Assembly (NCBI GenBank): GCA_043228905.1
Contig: JBHGNT010000006.1
Location: 18,104,001 to 18,168,000, forward strand
Origin: Azolla caroliniana
Lineage: Eukaryota; Plantae; Polypodiophyta
DNA: 64,000 nt
Direction: 5' to 3'
The stretch's first letter is position 1, and each line of letters starts with the position of its first letter. A program made the position numbers and the translations under genes. Below the pieces are notes generated by a model. That model was given only the letters and a program-made list of their open reading frames with translations. It searched no databases and had not been told where the DNA came from. Of this stretch, positions 25,228-39,186 are shown one piece after another.

Positions 25228-28200
25228 TCACTCCGGCATGGGGTGTCTTACCAGTCCGATCCTCTTCCGGCATGCATTCAGCTTGTCGGGTGTCAGAACT
25301 TTGGTCAACATATCTGACCTGTTCTCGGCCGTGTGGATCTTCGTCAGTGCGAACTCCTGGTCATCTACTCTTTCCTGGATCCAGTGATACCTCCGCTGGA
25401 TATGCTTCGTCCGGGAATGGTAGGCTGCATTCTTAGCAAGGTGGATGGCACTTTGACTGTCGCAATAGAGTCGGTATTCATCTTGCCGGATACCGAGCTC
25501 TCCCATGAAGTCCTTCATCCATAATATTTCCTTGCCGGCTTCCACAGCTGCCATGTAATCCGCCTCCATGGTTGACAAAGCAACCGTCTTCTGCAGGCTC
25601 GACTGCCACGAAACAACTCCCTATGCATATGTCATTATATACCCGGATGTAGATCGGCTGGTATCCACATCAGCTGACATGTCCGAATCGGTGAAACCGT
25701 CCAGTTCAGGTTTTCCGGAGCCGAATCGGAGACACATATTTGAAGTGCCCTTCAAATACCGGAGTATCCATTTGACCGCGTTCCAGTGCTCCTTGCCGGG
25801 ATTACTCATGAACCGGCTCACCACTCCGACTGCGTATCCTATATCCGGTCGGGTACAAACCATTGTGTACATCAAGCTCCCGACGGCAGAGGCATATGGA
25901 ATCTTCATTATATCCGCCTTCTCTGCTTTCGTCTTCGGGCTTTGCTTACCAGATAGCCTGCAGTTTGCCGGAAGTGTCGATCCGACTGGTTTCTCTTCTG
26001 ACATGTTGAACCGGTGAAGCACCTTTGTCACATACTTCTCCTGTGACAGCCATAATTGCTTCTTTGAATGGTCCCGAATGATGTGCATCCCCAACATCTG
26101 TCTTGCCAGACCCAAGTCTTTCATTGAGAAGGTCCGATTGAGAGCCTTCTTCAGCATCCGTATTTTGACTGGGTCACGTCCGACGATCAACATGTCATCC
26201 ACGTACAGAAGGAGTATCAGGAAGTCGCCTCCTTCGAACTTCTTCACAAACACACAGTGATCAGCTTGCATCTTGTGGTACCCTTGATCGGTCATGAAGG
26301 AGTCGAACTTCCGGTACCATTGTCGGGGAGCCTGCTTCAGTCCGTACAGGCTCTTCTTCAGCCGGCATACCAGGTGCTTCTTCCCTTTCTCCACGAATCC
26401 TTCCGGTTGCTGCATGTAGATCTCTTCTTCGAGGTCACCGTGAAGGAATGCCATCTTCACGTCTAGCTGCTCTACCTCGAGGTCCATGCTTGCCGCTATA
26501 CTCAGCACCGTCCGGATGGAGGTCATCTTTACTACCGGGGCAAATATCTCGTCGAAGTCCACGCCCTTCTTCTGCTGGAACCCCTTCACCACGATCCTGG
26601 CTTTGTATCTCGGGGGGTTGCCGGCATCTCCCAGTTTCAACTTGTACACCCACTTGTTTCGGAGTGCCCGCTTTCCTTTCGGCAACTCCACCAATTCGTA
26701 CATATGGTTCTCATGCAGGGAATCCATCTCATCCTGCATGGCACTTAACCATTTTCGGCTGTGGGTGTCTTCCTTCGCTTCTTCGAAGCTTTCTGGCTCC
26801 CCCTCATCGTTCAGCAGAACATGCTCTGCATCCGGAAATCTCTGGGGGGCCCTTCTCTCTCTGAGAGGATATCTCCGTCTCTGGGCTTCGGTGACCGGCT
26901 CATCCATCTGCTCTTCATCCGAATCCGATTCGGGGTCTTGGCCGGTTTCGGTTTCAGCTTCCTCTACTTCTTCTTCAGCCCGTTCGGTATCCTCACCGTA
27001 ACCGTCTGGTCCCTCGAGTGCTAACCGGTCTCTTGCCGGTTGGGTCCGCTCATCGTAGAGTCGATCCTTACCGGTCGACTCGGAGTTCATTATCTTCTTC
27101 TCCGACTCCCAATCGGCGAGCGTCTTGTTCTCCATGAAGATAATATCTCGACTTCGAAATACCTTCTTGTCGACCAGGTCCCACACTCGGTAGCCGAACT
27201 CATCGTCACCGTAACCGAGGAATATGCATGGCCGGGTCTTTGGATCCAACTTTCCTCTCCGGTCCTTAGCTACATGCACACACGCGAGACACCCGAACAC
27301 CTTCAGATTCCGGTAGGATACTTCCTTACCGGTCCACACTCTCTGTGGCGTGTCTCCGTCCAAGGGTACTGAGGGTGATCTATTTATCACATATGTTGCC
27401 GTCGACAGTGCCCCAGCCCAAAACTTCTTGGGTTGTTTTGCATGCACTAGCATACTCCGGACCCTCTCCATTATGGTCCGGTTCATCCTCTCGGCCAGTC
27501 CGTTTAGTTCCGGCGTCTTCGGCACGGTAAATTCGAGCCGGATTCCCTTCGAGCGGCAGTACTCCTCGAACTGTCCCCGGTATTCTCCTCCGTTATCTGC
27601 TCGAACCGCCTTCAGCTTCCGGTCTGTTTCTCTTTCCACTCTCGCGTGGAGCTCTTTCAAGACGGATAGCACCTGATCCTTCGTCTTCAACGGTGTGGCC
27701 CACAACTTCCGACTGTGGTCATCTATGAAAGTCATGAAGTACTGCGCTCCGGCATGTGACTTCGTGTCTACTTGACACACATCCATATGCACCAACTCCA
27801 GTGGTGCATTACGTCTCATCGGTGGCCTTGGTCGGAGGAGGTCCGGTTCTGCTTACCGGCCAGACAATTAGTGCACTTCTCCAAGTGCACGTTCTTCACT
27901 GGAATGAGGTTGTCGTCTGCAAGCCTCTTCATCCCCTTCTTGCTCAAATGACACAGCCTCTTGTGCCACAGCTCACCGGCAGTGTCGGATGCCACGTTCA
28001 CTTCTTCTGGACATAACCGGGCATTCATCAGGTACAGTGTGTTTACCTTCCGGGCCCGAGCAACAATCAGGCTCCCTTTGCTGAACTTCATGACACCGTT
28101 CCGGATGCTACCCGTGTAGCCCTCATCATCTAGCCGACCGGCTGATATCAAGTTCAGTCGAACCTCTGGAACGTGTCGTACATCCTTCAGCAGCAACTTG

Positions 28201-29273
28201 CATCCGGTTGGTGTCGATAGCCACACGTCTCCTATGCCGACAATTCAGCATGTCCCTTCATTCCCCATCCGGACATAGCCATGATCACCGGCTGAGTAGG
28301 ATGAGAAGCATTTCCGGTCCGGGGTTAGGTGGAATGACGCTCCGGAGTCTACCACCCAGGTCATCTCGTCACCGGCAAGGTTTATCTCACTCTCCTCGGT
28401 GATGAGCATCAGCTCTTCTTCACTTGCCGCAATTGCCGTCGTCCCCTTCCGGTCCGGCCCCCTCCGGTCTTTACCGTTCCGGTCTGGGGTCCGCTTCGAA
28501 TCGGTACCGTTGGTCTCCTTATCTTTTCGGAAATGCCGATAGTTCTTTTGGAAGTGTCCCGGCTTGCCGCAATAGAAGCAAGTGGGCCTCCCCCTTGACA
28601 TTGACCGTGTCCCCGACTTCTCCCGGTTCTGGGGACTACGCTTTCTATGTCTTCCGCGTTCCGATTCGGTAATGAGCACTTTGGAGTCGGAGCTCGTATC
28701 TTTATCTTTCCGACGCGCCTCCTCATCTAGCAAGCTCGACTTTACTCTTGCTAGGGATAACCGTTTTCCTTCCGGCCCTACGTTGCCCAAAGTGACAACC
28801 AACGTCTCCCAGCTATCCGGGAGGGAACCGAGCAGGAGCAGCGCTAGTACCTCATCGGCAAGAGGTACTTCCAATGAAGTTGCCTGGTGGATCAGCCCCT
28901 GGAAGGCATTCATGTGCTCCGCCATGCTGGAGCCATCTTGGTACCGGAGTCTTACTAGCTTCCGGAATACCGACACATGATTGACAACATTTTTGTTCTG
29001 AAACATTATGCCGATCTTCTCCCAGAGCTCATGAGCCTTGCTCTGTTCATTAAAGTTGTTGTACAGGCTCATGTCGATGAAGCACCGTATGTACGCCGTT
29101 GTCTTCATGTGCATCACCTCCCATATCGCGGCGTCGATTTTGTCCGGTCTCTTGTCCCCGAACTGAACCAGCAGCCAGAGGTCTTTAACCACAAGCATGT
29201 CTCTCATCTTTGACTTCCATACCGAATAGTTGGAGCCGGTGAGCTTGAACATGTTGCCAAACGATTCGTCCAT
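25228..29273 (-). pseudogene. Copia gag-pol polyprotein with about 3 lesions
   Basis: ORF pieces 28245-29273 (gag/PR, VVDSGASFH), 27816-28226, 25621-27819 (INT, RT YVDD) and 25228-25578 (RH). Confidence 0.92.
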
Positions 29274-32200
29274 ATTTCTGTGTTTTTTCGCTCTGATACC
29301 ACTTGACGGGAACTCAACGCTCCCTATACGCAACGCTCGGCCAGAACCGAGCTTAGGATCATACACAGAAAACGGGAATAAAACATGACAAGAAGAAGAG
29401 GGAGATACACAAGAGGTTTACGAGGAAAACCCCAAACTAAGGGAAAAAACCACGGCAGCCCACAGGCTACAAACTGTCACTATGTAAGAATATACAAACA
29501 GTGAGTTCACGGAGGCAACGACCTCGTGCTCACGATCTTCGCCACAGGCGGCGGTTACAACAGAGGCAACGACCTCGTTCTCTCTCTCTCTCAACCTGTA
29601 CACTGTTACACGCTCTCTCTTCTTGCACCAACAAGAAAATGACAACAACTTCTACTAGTTTGCCCTAAGTCATATTTATACTAATATGAATTTTCGGCTA
29701 TTTACAAATATAGTCTCGATGGACTCTCAGAAACATATTTACGAATATGTCTCTTCATCCGGTTCATACCGGGTCTGCACCATCCGGCTCTCCGTAGCCG
29801 GGTACTTCTCATCCGGTTCATACCGGGTCTGCACCATCCGGCTCTCCGTAGCCGTGTACTCCTCATCCGGTTCATACCGGGTCTGCACCATCCGGCTCTC
29901 CGTAGCCGGGTACTCCTCTTCCGGTTCATATCAGGTCTGCACCTCATACGGTTTCAGCCTCGGCCGAGTTTGTTCATCGTCACTGTTCTTCTCCCTTCCC
30001 ATCCGGAGGGACCTGTCTCCCAACATGATTAGTCATTCAAGTGCATCCTTCTTTATATCCCACCAATGCATCACGAGTGGGACTCGTAGGCACTCTACTT
30101 AGTGGCATGGCTTTGGCATGGTTCGCCCCCCTGTTAGAAAAAAGCTCTGTTAGGAAACAAGTCCCTCTAGATGGGAAGTGAGAAGAACAATGTTGATGAG
30201 CAACTCGGCCGAGGCCGAATATGGAAGTGGAGTACGCGGCAACGGAAGACCCGGTGAGAACTGGATGTTGCAGGCCCGGTGAGAAGCATCTCACCGGATG
30301 AAGGGACATATATGTAAATATGTTCCAGGGAGCCCACTGGGGCTATATTTTGTAAATAGCCGAAAGTCAAATATGACCTAGGGCAAACTCAGTGTGTGTG
30401 CGTGTGTGTAATTTTGGTGTAACGACAGTACAGAGAGAGAGACAGAGAGAGCGATACAAAGCATGTCTCTATTGTAACAGCCGCCAGACGAAGATCGTGA
30501 GCAAGAGTTCGTTGCCTCTGTGCTCCTTGTTGTAATTGTTGGCATAGTGATAGTTTGGATTCTGTGGACTCCCGTGGTTTTTCCCTCTCAGGGTTTTCCA
30601 TGTTAACATCCTATGTATTCTCTTTTCTATTCGGGTACTTACTTCTATTCCCATTTCTTCTGTGTTCGATTGTTATCCAGTGATCTACGCTTCGGTTGTG
30701 ACCGGAGATTATTCCAGGTATTTCCTTGTCAAATTGGTATCAGAGCGAAACGACACAAAGAAAATGGACGATTCGTTGGGAGGCATGTTCAAGCTCACCG
30801 GCTCCAACTACTTAGTGTGGAAGTCGAAGATGAGGGACATGCTCGTGGTCAAAGATCTTTGGTTACCGGTTCAGTTCGGGGACAAAAGACCGGACAAAAT
30901 CGACGCCACTATATGGGAGGTGATGCACATGAAGACAACTGCGTACATATAGTGCTTCATCGACATGAGTCTATACAACAACTTCAATGAAGAGAGCAAG
31001 GCTCATGAGCTCTAGGAGAAGATCAGCATTATGTTTCATAACAAAAATGCTATTAATCAGGTGCCGATATTTCGGAAGCTAGTAAGACTCCGGTACCAAG
31101 ATGGCTCCAGCATGGTGGAGCACATGAATGGCTTCCAGGGGCTGATCCACCAGGCAACATCATTGAAAGTACCTCTCGCCGATGAGGTACTAGCACTACT
31201 CCTACTCGGTTGCCTGGTTGGATGGATGATGAAGGCTACACGGGTAGCATCCGGAACGGAGACATGAAATTCAGCAAAGGGAGCCTAATAGTGGCTCGGG
31301 CCCAGAAGTTCAACACGTTGTACCTGATGAATGCCCAGTTATGCCCGGAAGAAGTGAACGTGGCTTCCGACACTGCCGGTGAGCTGTGGCACAAGAGGTT
31401 GTGTCACATGAGTGAGAAGGGGATGAAGAGGCTTGCAGACGACAACCTCATTCTAGTGAAGAACGTGCACTGATTGTCTTGCCGGTAAGCAAAACCAGAC
31501 CTCCTTCCGACCAAGGCCACCGATGAGACGTAATGCACCATTGGAGTTGGTGCATACTGATGTGTCTCAAGTGGACACGAAGCCACATGCCAGATCGCAG
31601 TACTTCGTGACCTTCATAGATGACCACATCCGGAAGCTATGGGCCACACCGTTGAAGATGAAGGATCAGATGCTATCCGTCTTCACAGAGCTCCACGCGA
31701 GAGTGGAAAGAGAAACCGTCCGGAAGCTGAAGGCGGTTTGAGCAGATAACGGAGGAGAATACCGGGGGCAGTTCGAGGAGTACTGCCGCTTGAAGGGAAT
31801 CCGGTTCGAATTTACTGTGCCGAAGACGCTGGAACTAAACGGGCTGGCCGAGAGGATGAACCGGACCATAATGGAGAGGGTCCGGAGTGCTGGTGCATGC
31901 AAAATTACCCAAGACGTTTTGGGTTCAGGCACTGTCGACGGCGACATACGTGATAAACAGATCACCCTCAGTACCCTCAGTACCCTTGGACGGAGACACG
32001 CCGCAGAGAGTATGGACCGGTAAGGAAGTGTCCTACTGGCATCTGAAGGTGTTTGGGTGTCTCGCGTACGTGCATGTAGCTAAGGACCGGAGAGGAAAGT
32101 TGGATCCAAAGACCCGGCATGCATATTCCTTGGTTACGGTGACGATGAGTTCGGCTACTGAGTGTGGGACCTGGCCGACAGGTAGGTACTCCGGAGTCGA

Positions 32201-34156
32201 GATATTATCTTCATGGAGGACAAGACGCTCGCCGACTGGGAGTCGGAGAAGAAGATAATGAACTCCGAGTCGACTGGTAAGGATCGAGTCTACGATGAAC
32301 AGACCCAACCGACAAGAGACCGGTTATCACTCGATGAACCGGTCAGTGACGGTAAGGAGACAAAACACGTCGAAGAAGAAGGAATAGGTGAAACCTGAAC
32401 ATGGGAAGTGTTGCATCTGAAGGCAACCGCATACATAAGGTCGTTGCCTCTGAGTTTCGTAATTGTACTTCCTCTCTACTACAATGATATGTTTTCTTGG
32501 GGTTTATGGACCCCCATGGTTTTTCCCATTTCGGGTTTTCCACGTAAAATATCTTTGTCTCTATGTCTTCACGTTTTTTCTTGTCTGTGCACTAGTTCTT
32601 GGATTTTGCACACGGGTACGAACGTGAAACTGGTTGTGGCAAGTCGATTCCTAACAAAGTGGTATCCGAGCGATGGAAGACTCGTTCGGCGACATGTTTA
32701 AGCTAACTGACTCCAACTACTCAGTGTGGAAGTCGAAGATGAGAGACATGCTCGTGTGCAAAGACCTCTGGCTACCGGTGATGTTTAGAGATAAAAGACT
32801 AGAAAAGATTGATGCAACGATGTGGGAAGTGTTGCATCTGAAGGCAGCCGCATACCCCGAATCGGATTCGGATGAAGAACAAATAGAGGAGCCGGTTGCC
32901 GAAAGCCAAAGACGGAGATATCCTCTCAGAGAGAGAAGGCCCCCCCAGAGATTTCCAGTTGCAGAGCATGTGCTGCTGACCGATGAGAGGGAGCCGGAAA
33001 GCTTCGAAGAAGCGAAGGATGACACTAATAGCCGCAAGTGGTTGAGTGCCATGCAGGATGAGATGGATTCCTTGCATGAGAACCACACGTATGAATTGGT
33101 GGAGTTGCCGAAAGAAAAGAGGGCACTCCGAAACAAGTGGGTGTACAAGTTGAAACTGGGAGATGTCGGCAACCCTCCAAGGTACAAAGCCAGGATCATG
33201 GTGAAGGGGTTCTAGCAGAAGAAGGGCGTGGACTTTGATGATATATTTGCCCCGGTAGTAAAGATGACTTCCATCCGGGCGGTGTTGAGCATAGCGGCAA
33301 GCATGGACCTCGAGGTAGAGCAGCTCGACGTGAAGACAACATTCCTTCACGGTGACCTCGAAGAGGAGATCTACATGCAGCAACCAGAAGGATTCGTGGA
33401 ATAAGGGAAGGAGCACCTGGTTTGCCGGTTGAAGAAGAGCTTGTACGGACTGAAGCAGGCTCCCCGACAATGGTACCGGAAGTTCGACTCCTTCATGACC
33501 GACCAAGGGTATCACAAAACGCAAACCGATCACTGCGTGTTTGTGAAGGAGTTCGAAGGAGGCGACTTCCTGATACTCTTCCTGTACATGGACGACATGT
33601 TGGTCGTCCGACGGGACCAAGCCAAAATACGGATGATGACGAAGGCTCTTGTTGAGCGGCAAGCTCAACCGGAGCCGGATCGGCTGAATAAGCCGGAGCC
33701 GGTAAGCGAGACGGATCGGGCGAAACGGATCGGTATGACGGTGAGCAACCGAACCGGCAAGCAGTGGAGGCCGGGTGCAATCCGTAACCGGCAGTCCAAT
33801 CGAAAGCCTAGAATAGGATAGACTACTAGGTATCTATAGTCTCGTAGTAAGTGTAAGATGCTCGTGTGAGCATTGAAGTACATGGTACTTCTGTCAGTCC
33901 CAAGAGGACTTGTATAAATAGTGCTACTTAGCACAGTGTGTATGACAGAGCCTTGATATAATTTTTGAAATTACGTTCTACTCTCTCTCTCTCTCTCTCT
34001 CTCTCTGTTGTTCTTTGTTTTACGCTTCCGCAAACACTTACGTTTACATGGTATCAGAGCGCGAGGGTTGAGAACCTCTGCTACAGACATTTACTCTTGA
34101 GAAAAAAACCCTAACAGGTCGAAAATAGACACAGTAGAAGACATGGATAAAGAGGC

Positions 34157-37100
34157 ATGGCTACATCGCTCCCGGTGGAAAAGCTCGACATGAGCAACTA
34201 CGCATCCTGATCTTACAAGATGCACCAGTACCTACTTGGACACGGGTACTGGAGTTATGTCGAAGGAGCGAATGATGCGACGCCAGACTCGGCACACAAG
34301 GACTTCCCGGTATGGGAACAGGCGGCAACCAGGGTGATGTACTGCTTCGCATCCAGTGTCGGCGATCAGCTGCTCAGCCACATCCGTGACGCCAAGACAC
34401 CGAAGGATGCTTGGGGGAACCTGAAAAAGGTTTTCACCGCAAGCACCACTGCCCGGAAGCTGCAACTCCGACAGGAGTTGAGCAATGTTCGACAGAAGAA
34501 CATGTCCGTGGCAGACTACACGGGCCGGATAAAGGAGATTTGCGACTCACTCGCCTCTATCAATGTTACCGTAGAGGAAGACGAGATGGTGCAGGTATGT
34601 CTCGGAGGCCTGGCGTCCAAGTTCGGAGCGTTCCGGACTGCGGTGTGTACAAGGGAGAATACCCCCTCATTCTTCGACTTACAGTCGATGCTCCTTGTAG
34701 AGGAGAAACATGCCGGTGCATCTACCAGTGCATCCCCGGACAGCCGAATGTTGTACATGGGAACGGATCGGCACTGTGGGCGTGGTGGAAGAGGTGGGTC
34801 CGCACGCAATGGAGGCGGCCAGCAAGAGCAGGAACGGAGGCACTATGAGTGTGCCGACAGCAGTTCCGGGACTTCCACAAGCAGGGGGAGTCAAGGCGGT
34901 GCCGGAGGCCGGCAAGACAAATCCGCTATGAAATGTTGGTATTGTGGCAAAAAAGGCCACAGGGAAAGCGAGTGCTGGAGAAAGCGTGCCGATTCGGACA
35001 AATCCGGATCCGGCAAGACCGGTAAGGATGGCCGGCAAAACTCGCACTACGCAAACGGATCATGAGGATCCGGAACCGGAAAGGCCGGTAAGGGGCCAGC
35101 CTTGGTGATGAATCACAAGGCAAACTCAATGAAGAAGACCACTTCCAAATCGGAGGAAGTGTGGTATGTTGATTCCGGCGCGTCGAACCACATGACGAGC
35201 CACAAAGAGTGGTTCTCCTTTCTGGAGAGATCGGATCAACCAGGAGTAGTCGAAACCGGAGACGACACTCCTCACCCAATTGTGCACGTCGGAGAAGTCC
35301 CTCTAAGCCACGTTGGACAGAAAGGGAAGCTGATGAACGTGCTACACGTTCCGATGATCACGAAGAACCTGGTGTCCGTCGGTCAGATTGTCGACCAGGG
35401 GATGCAGGTGCGGTTTACGCACCTCGGGTGCTTCATTGAGGATGAGGACGAAGTCATTGCGCAAGGGCGTAGAGACAGGAGGATGTTTATCCTCGACACC
35501 AATGACTTTGGCACCACTCTGTTCGCGAAACGACAGAAGGTCGAGTCGGACATCGACCTGTGGCACAAGCGGATAGGCCACGTCAACTACCGGAGGCTTC
35601 AAGATCTGCAAACGAAACAAATCGTTTTCGGTTTGCCCAAGTTTAGCGGCCGGAGAGCCAAAATTTGTGAAGCCTGCCAACTTGGGAAGCAACACTGGCT
35701 TCCATTCCCCACCGGACGGAACCGGAGCCGTAACAAACTTGATCTCATCCATTCGGATGTGTGGGGTCCAGCACAAAGTGTAAGCCTTGGCGGGAGCCGA
35801 TACTTCGTCTCCTTCATCGACGACTATACTCGGCATACTTGGATCTACCTCATTGAGCGGAAGAGCGAAGTCTTCGACTGTTTCCGGAGCCTCTAGAAGA
35901 TGGTGGAACGGGAATCAGAGAGGAAGATCAAATGCCTTCGGTCGAATGGCGGAAAGGAATATTTTTCCGGCCAATTCACTCGTTATCTGCAACAGAAGGG
36001 AATTCGGCGAGAGTTCAGCTGCAGATACACACCGGAGCAAAACGGTGTGGCCGAAAGGAAGAACTGGACACTCGTCGAAGCGGCAAGGACAATGCTGGAG
36101 GAGAAGAGCATGCCCCGTTTCTACTGGGCGGAGGTGGTCCAGACGGCCGTCTACATACAAAACCGCATTGGTGACAAGGTGTCAGCTAATGAGCTGTATT
36201 TCGGGCGCAAGCCGAACTTAAGACACCTTCGGATATTCGGCAGCATAGCGTATGTGCATGTGCTGGATCAGAAGCGGAGGAAGTTGGATGCAAAATCGGA
36301 AAAATGCATCCTAGTCGGCTATGCTCAAGAGAAAAAGGGGTATAAGTGCTATAACCCCCGGACGAAGGAAGTCCGAGTTAGCCGGGATGTCGAGTTCGAT
36401 AAATCGGCATCCTGGTACTCCGTACCGACTCCAACTTCCGATCCCGACCCAATGTCGGAAGACCAGGCCAGTGAGCCTGAATCAGCCCTGGCAGAGGATG
36501 ATGATGCAGGTACTCAAGATGAGAGTCCGGAATCGTTACGGTTGAGTGGACCGAACCAGCGACTGAGTCGGTTGGACCAGTCGGATGAAGAGACGGCAAG
36601 TGCTGGAGACTCTGCCGTGCTCTCCCCGCGCAAGGAACCGAGGAAACGGTTCATGCGCAAAGAGAAAGGGAAAAGAAAGATGCCGGAATTCGAAACTGGC
36701 ATCGATGAGTCGGATCAGTGCGTATCCAACTCCGAAAAGGAGAAAGGCAGATCTTCGGCAACGAAGACCGAATTGGCCAAGAAGGGCCTCACATCAGGTG
36801 ACAGTGCGTTGCGCCGATCAACCCGTCAGAAGGATCCCGTCGTGCGGTACGGGTACAATGAATACATGGCGCATCATTATGGGTACATGACTAAGGTAGC
36901 AGAAGTGCGCGAGCCGGAGAGCTACGCAGAAGCGACAAAGGACGCAAATTGGCGTGCCGCTATGGACGAAGAAATGCGGGCAGTCGATGCCAACGAAACT
37001 TGGGACCTAGTTGATCCTCCCCGTCACTGTAAACCGATCGGATGCAAGTGGGTGTACAAGGTCAAGTACAATGCCGACGGTTCTGTTAACCGGTACAAAG

Positions 37101-38424
37101 CCCGGTTAGTGGCAAAGGGATACGCGCAGACCCACGGAATTGACTACGACGAGACCTTCGCTCCTGTGGCGAAGATGACGACAGTTCATGTGGTACTGGC
37201 GGTTGCTGCGGCAAGGGGGTGGCATCTTCACCAGATGGATGTGAAGAACGCCTTCCTTCAAGGAGAGCTTGAAGAAGAAGTCTTTATGACTCAGCCCCTC
37301 GGATTTCACTCGGAGATGAACAAGTCGGCGGTATGCCGATTGAAGAAGTCGCTTTACAGCTTGAAGCAAGCCCCCCGAGCTTGGAACGCGAAGATCACGC
37401 ACCGGTTGCGTAAGCTGGGGTTTGCTGTCTCTAAGTCGGACTCGTCGTTATTCATCCGGCACGGCTCTGATGGTCCAGTATGTATACTCTTGTATGTGGA
37501 TGATTTAGTCATCACCGGACCGGGTCTTCCCGAAATCAACGGCGTCAAGTCCCAGTTGTCGGACGCATTCGAAATGAAGGACCTGGGGGACCTTCATTAT
37601 TTTCTTGGGATCGAAGTGATCCGGACCCCCACGGCATATTGCTCTCACAACGACATTACGTGTTGAATATGCTGTATAAGTTCGGCATGACGGATTGCCG
37701 ACCTATCTCCACACCCCTGGACCGAAACCAGAAGCTCCGTCCCAACTCCGGACCGGCCTGCAATGAGAAACGGTTCCGACAGGTTGTCGGAAGCCTGATC
37801 TACTTAACCATCACCCGACCCGACATCAGCTATCCGGTCGGGATGGTAAGTCAGTTCATGCAGAAGCCGACCGTGGAGCATCTTCAGTGCGCGCAAAGAA
37901 TATTACGGTATGTCAGCGGCACTAAGGACCGGCGACTGCTATACCGGCGAGGTATACCCGAAGAGCTTGTCGGTTACACTGATGCTGACTGGGCCGGCGA
38001 TGCGTCTGATCGCCGCTCCACTTCCGGATACATGTTCTCCATAGGTAGCGCGGCCGTTGCGTGGAGCAGCAAGAAGCAGCCCACAGTGGCTTTGTCAAGC
38101 ATTGAGGCTGAGTACCGGGCCGCTACCGTTGCCACTTGTGAAGCCATCTGGCTTCGGCGACTGCTGCGAGACTTGCGGATCGAGGTACCGACCCCGATCC
38201 CGATTTACTTCGATAACATGAGCAGCCTGCAGCTCGCCAGGAACCCTGTGTTCCATGCTCGCACAAAGCACATCGAGGTGCACTACCACTTCGTGTGTGA
38301 GCGGGTCTTGAGCGGTGAAGTTGACCTACGGTATGTTCATACGGATCGGCAAGTTGCCGACATCTTCACCAAGCCGCTCGGATCGGACAAGTTGCAGCAC
38401 TTTACCGACATGCTTGGTATTTAG
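34157..38424 (+). pseudogene. Copia gag-pol with a few stops and one frameshift
   Basis: CWYCGKKGHRESEC, VDSGASNHM, HKRIGH..CEAC, QNGVAERKN, LYVDDL, ADIFTK. Confidence 0.92.
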
Positions 38425-39186
38425 CATCTCGACGTGCCGCACTTGAGGGGGAGAAGCAAGGGCAAAGTCTCTACCGAAATGGGCAAAGGCCAAAAACCTG
38501 TTGAACCCATCGGTAAGAGGAGAGCCGGAAGAAGAGGAGACAAGAAGCTGAAGGAAGCCGAGTCGACGAAGGAAGTCGACACATCCGAACAGGTCGGAGC
38601 AAGCGGCTGTGAAGAAGAGTTGTGCACTCAGGAAGAGAAGCGCATGCTGTGTGGAGGTCATCACGACGGTACTGACCATGATACAGAGTCGAATGAAGAA
38701 TTCGATTTCGGTTCACCGGCTGAAGAAGCCGAGGGAAGCATGGAGAAGGCCAAGACTCGGAAGTGGTCTGATGTGGTGAGAGGCCTGACACCGGAAGTCG
38801 AATCGGAGTGTACCGATTCGGACAAGAGCTGGAACGAGCCGGAGACAGCTGACTCGGATCAACAGATGGATCCGGATGAAACGGATCGACTGAAGGCCAA
38901 GGGGACACAGACACAGCGGAAGTCGATGCCATCGTGGGAGAACCGATGGATCGGCAAGCGCTGGAGTCACAACAACTTGACTGCTGAGATGGGCCGATTG
39001 AGTAGACATACCGACCGAGAGGGTCGAAGCGCGCAGAACCAAAGGGGTCGCGGCAAACGGGACCGGACCGGACGAGGAGCGCGAGCAAGGCGGAGTGTCG
39101 CCAGGAGAACTCGGTTGGAAGAACCGACTGCCACAGAGGTCGACACTACGACCCCACCTCAGGTTGAGCTTGAGGGGGTGTGTTGA
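38425..39186 (+). CDS. About 250-aa charged, low-complexity extension in frame with pol, between an internal and the terminal PPT
   Basis: Same frame as pol after a single TAG at 38422-38424; no stops for 250 codons. Confidence 0.5.
   Translation, partial: HLDVPHLRGRSKGKVSTEMGKGQKPVEPIGKRRAGRRGDKKLKEAESTKEVDTSEQVGASGCEEELCTQEEKRMLCGGHHDGTDHDTESNEEFDFGSPAEEAEGSMEKAKTRKWSDVVRGLTPEVESECTDSDKSWNEPETADSDQQMDPDETDRLKAKGTQTQRKSMPSWENRWIGKRWSHNNLTAEMGRLSRHTDREGRSAQNQRGRGKRDRTGRGARARRSVARRTRLEEPTATEVDTTTPPQVELEGVC

Larger units (their letters stand above)
24481..30025 (-). mobile_element. Complete Tork/Tto1-like Copia element (5545 bp), TSD TGATT
   Basis: LTRs 24481-25217 and 29304-30025; PBS-Met 29301-29290; PPT 25229-25218; tgatt at 24476-24480 and 30026-30030. 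Confidence 0.97.

Noticed and set aside
24864-25436. 190-aa ORF with SSSGSYRVCTIRLSVAGY repeats, and similar LTR ORFs at 29686, 39866 and 54394
   Set aside because: By-product of stop-free 54-bp and 39-bp LTR minisatellites whose lengths are multiples of 3
26078-29213. Numerous antisense ORFs over Copia and Gypsy pol regions
   Set aside because: Shadow ORFs of GC-rich coding sequence; no independent motifs or signals
29274-29366. N-terminal gag extension starting inside the LTR
   Set aside because: Homologues start at MEDS/MDDS just after the PBS; the upstream ATG is probably a chance in-frame codon
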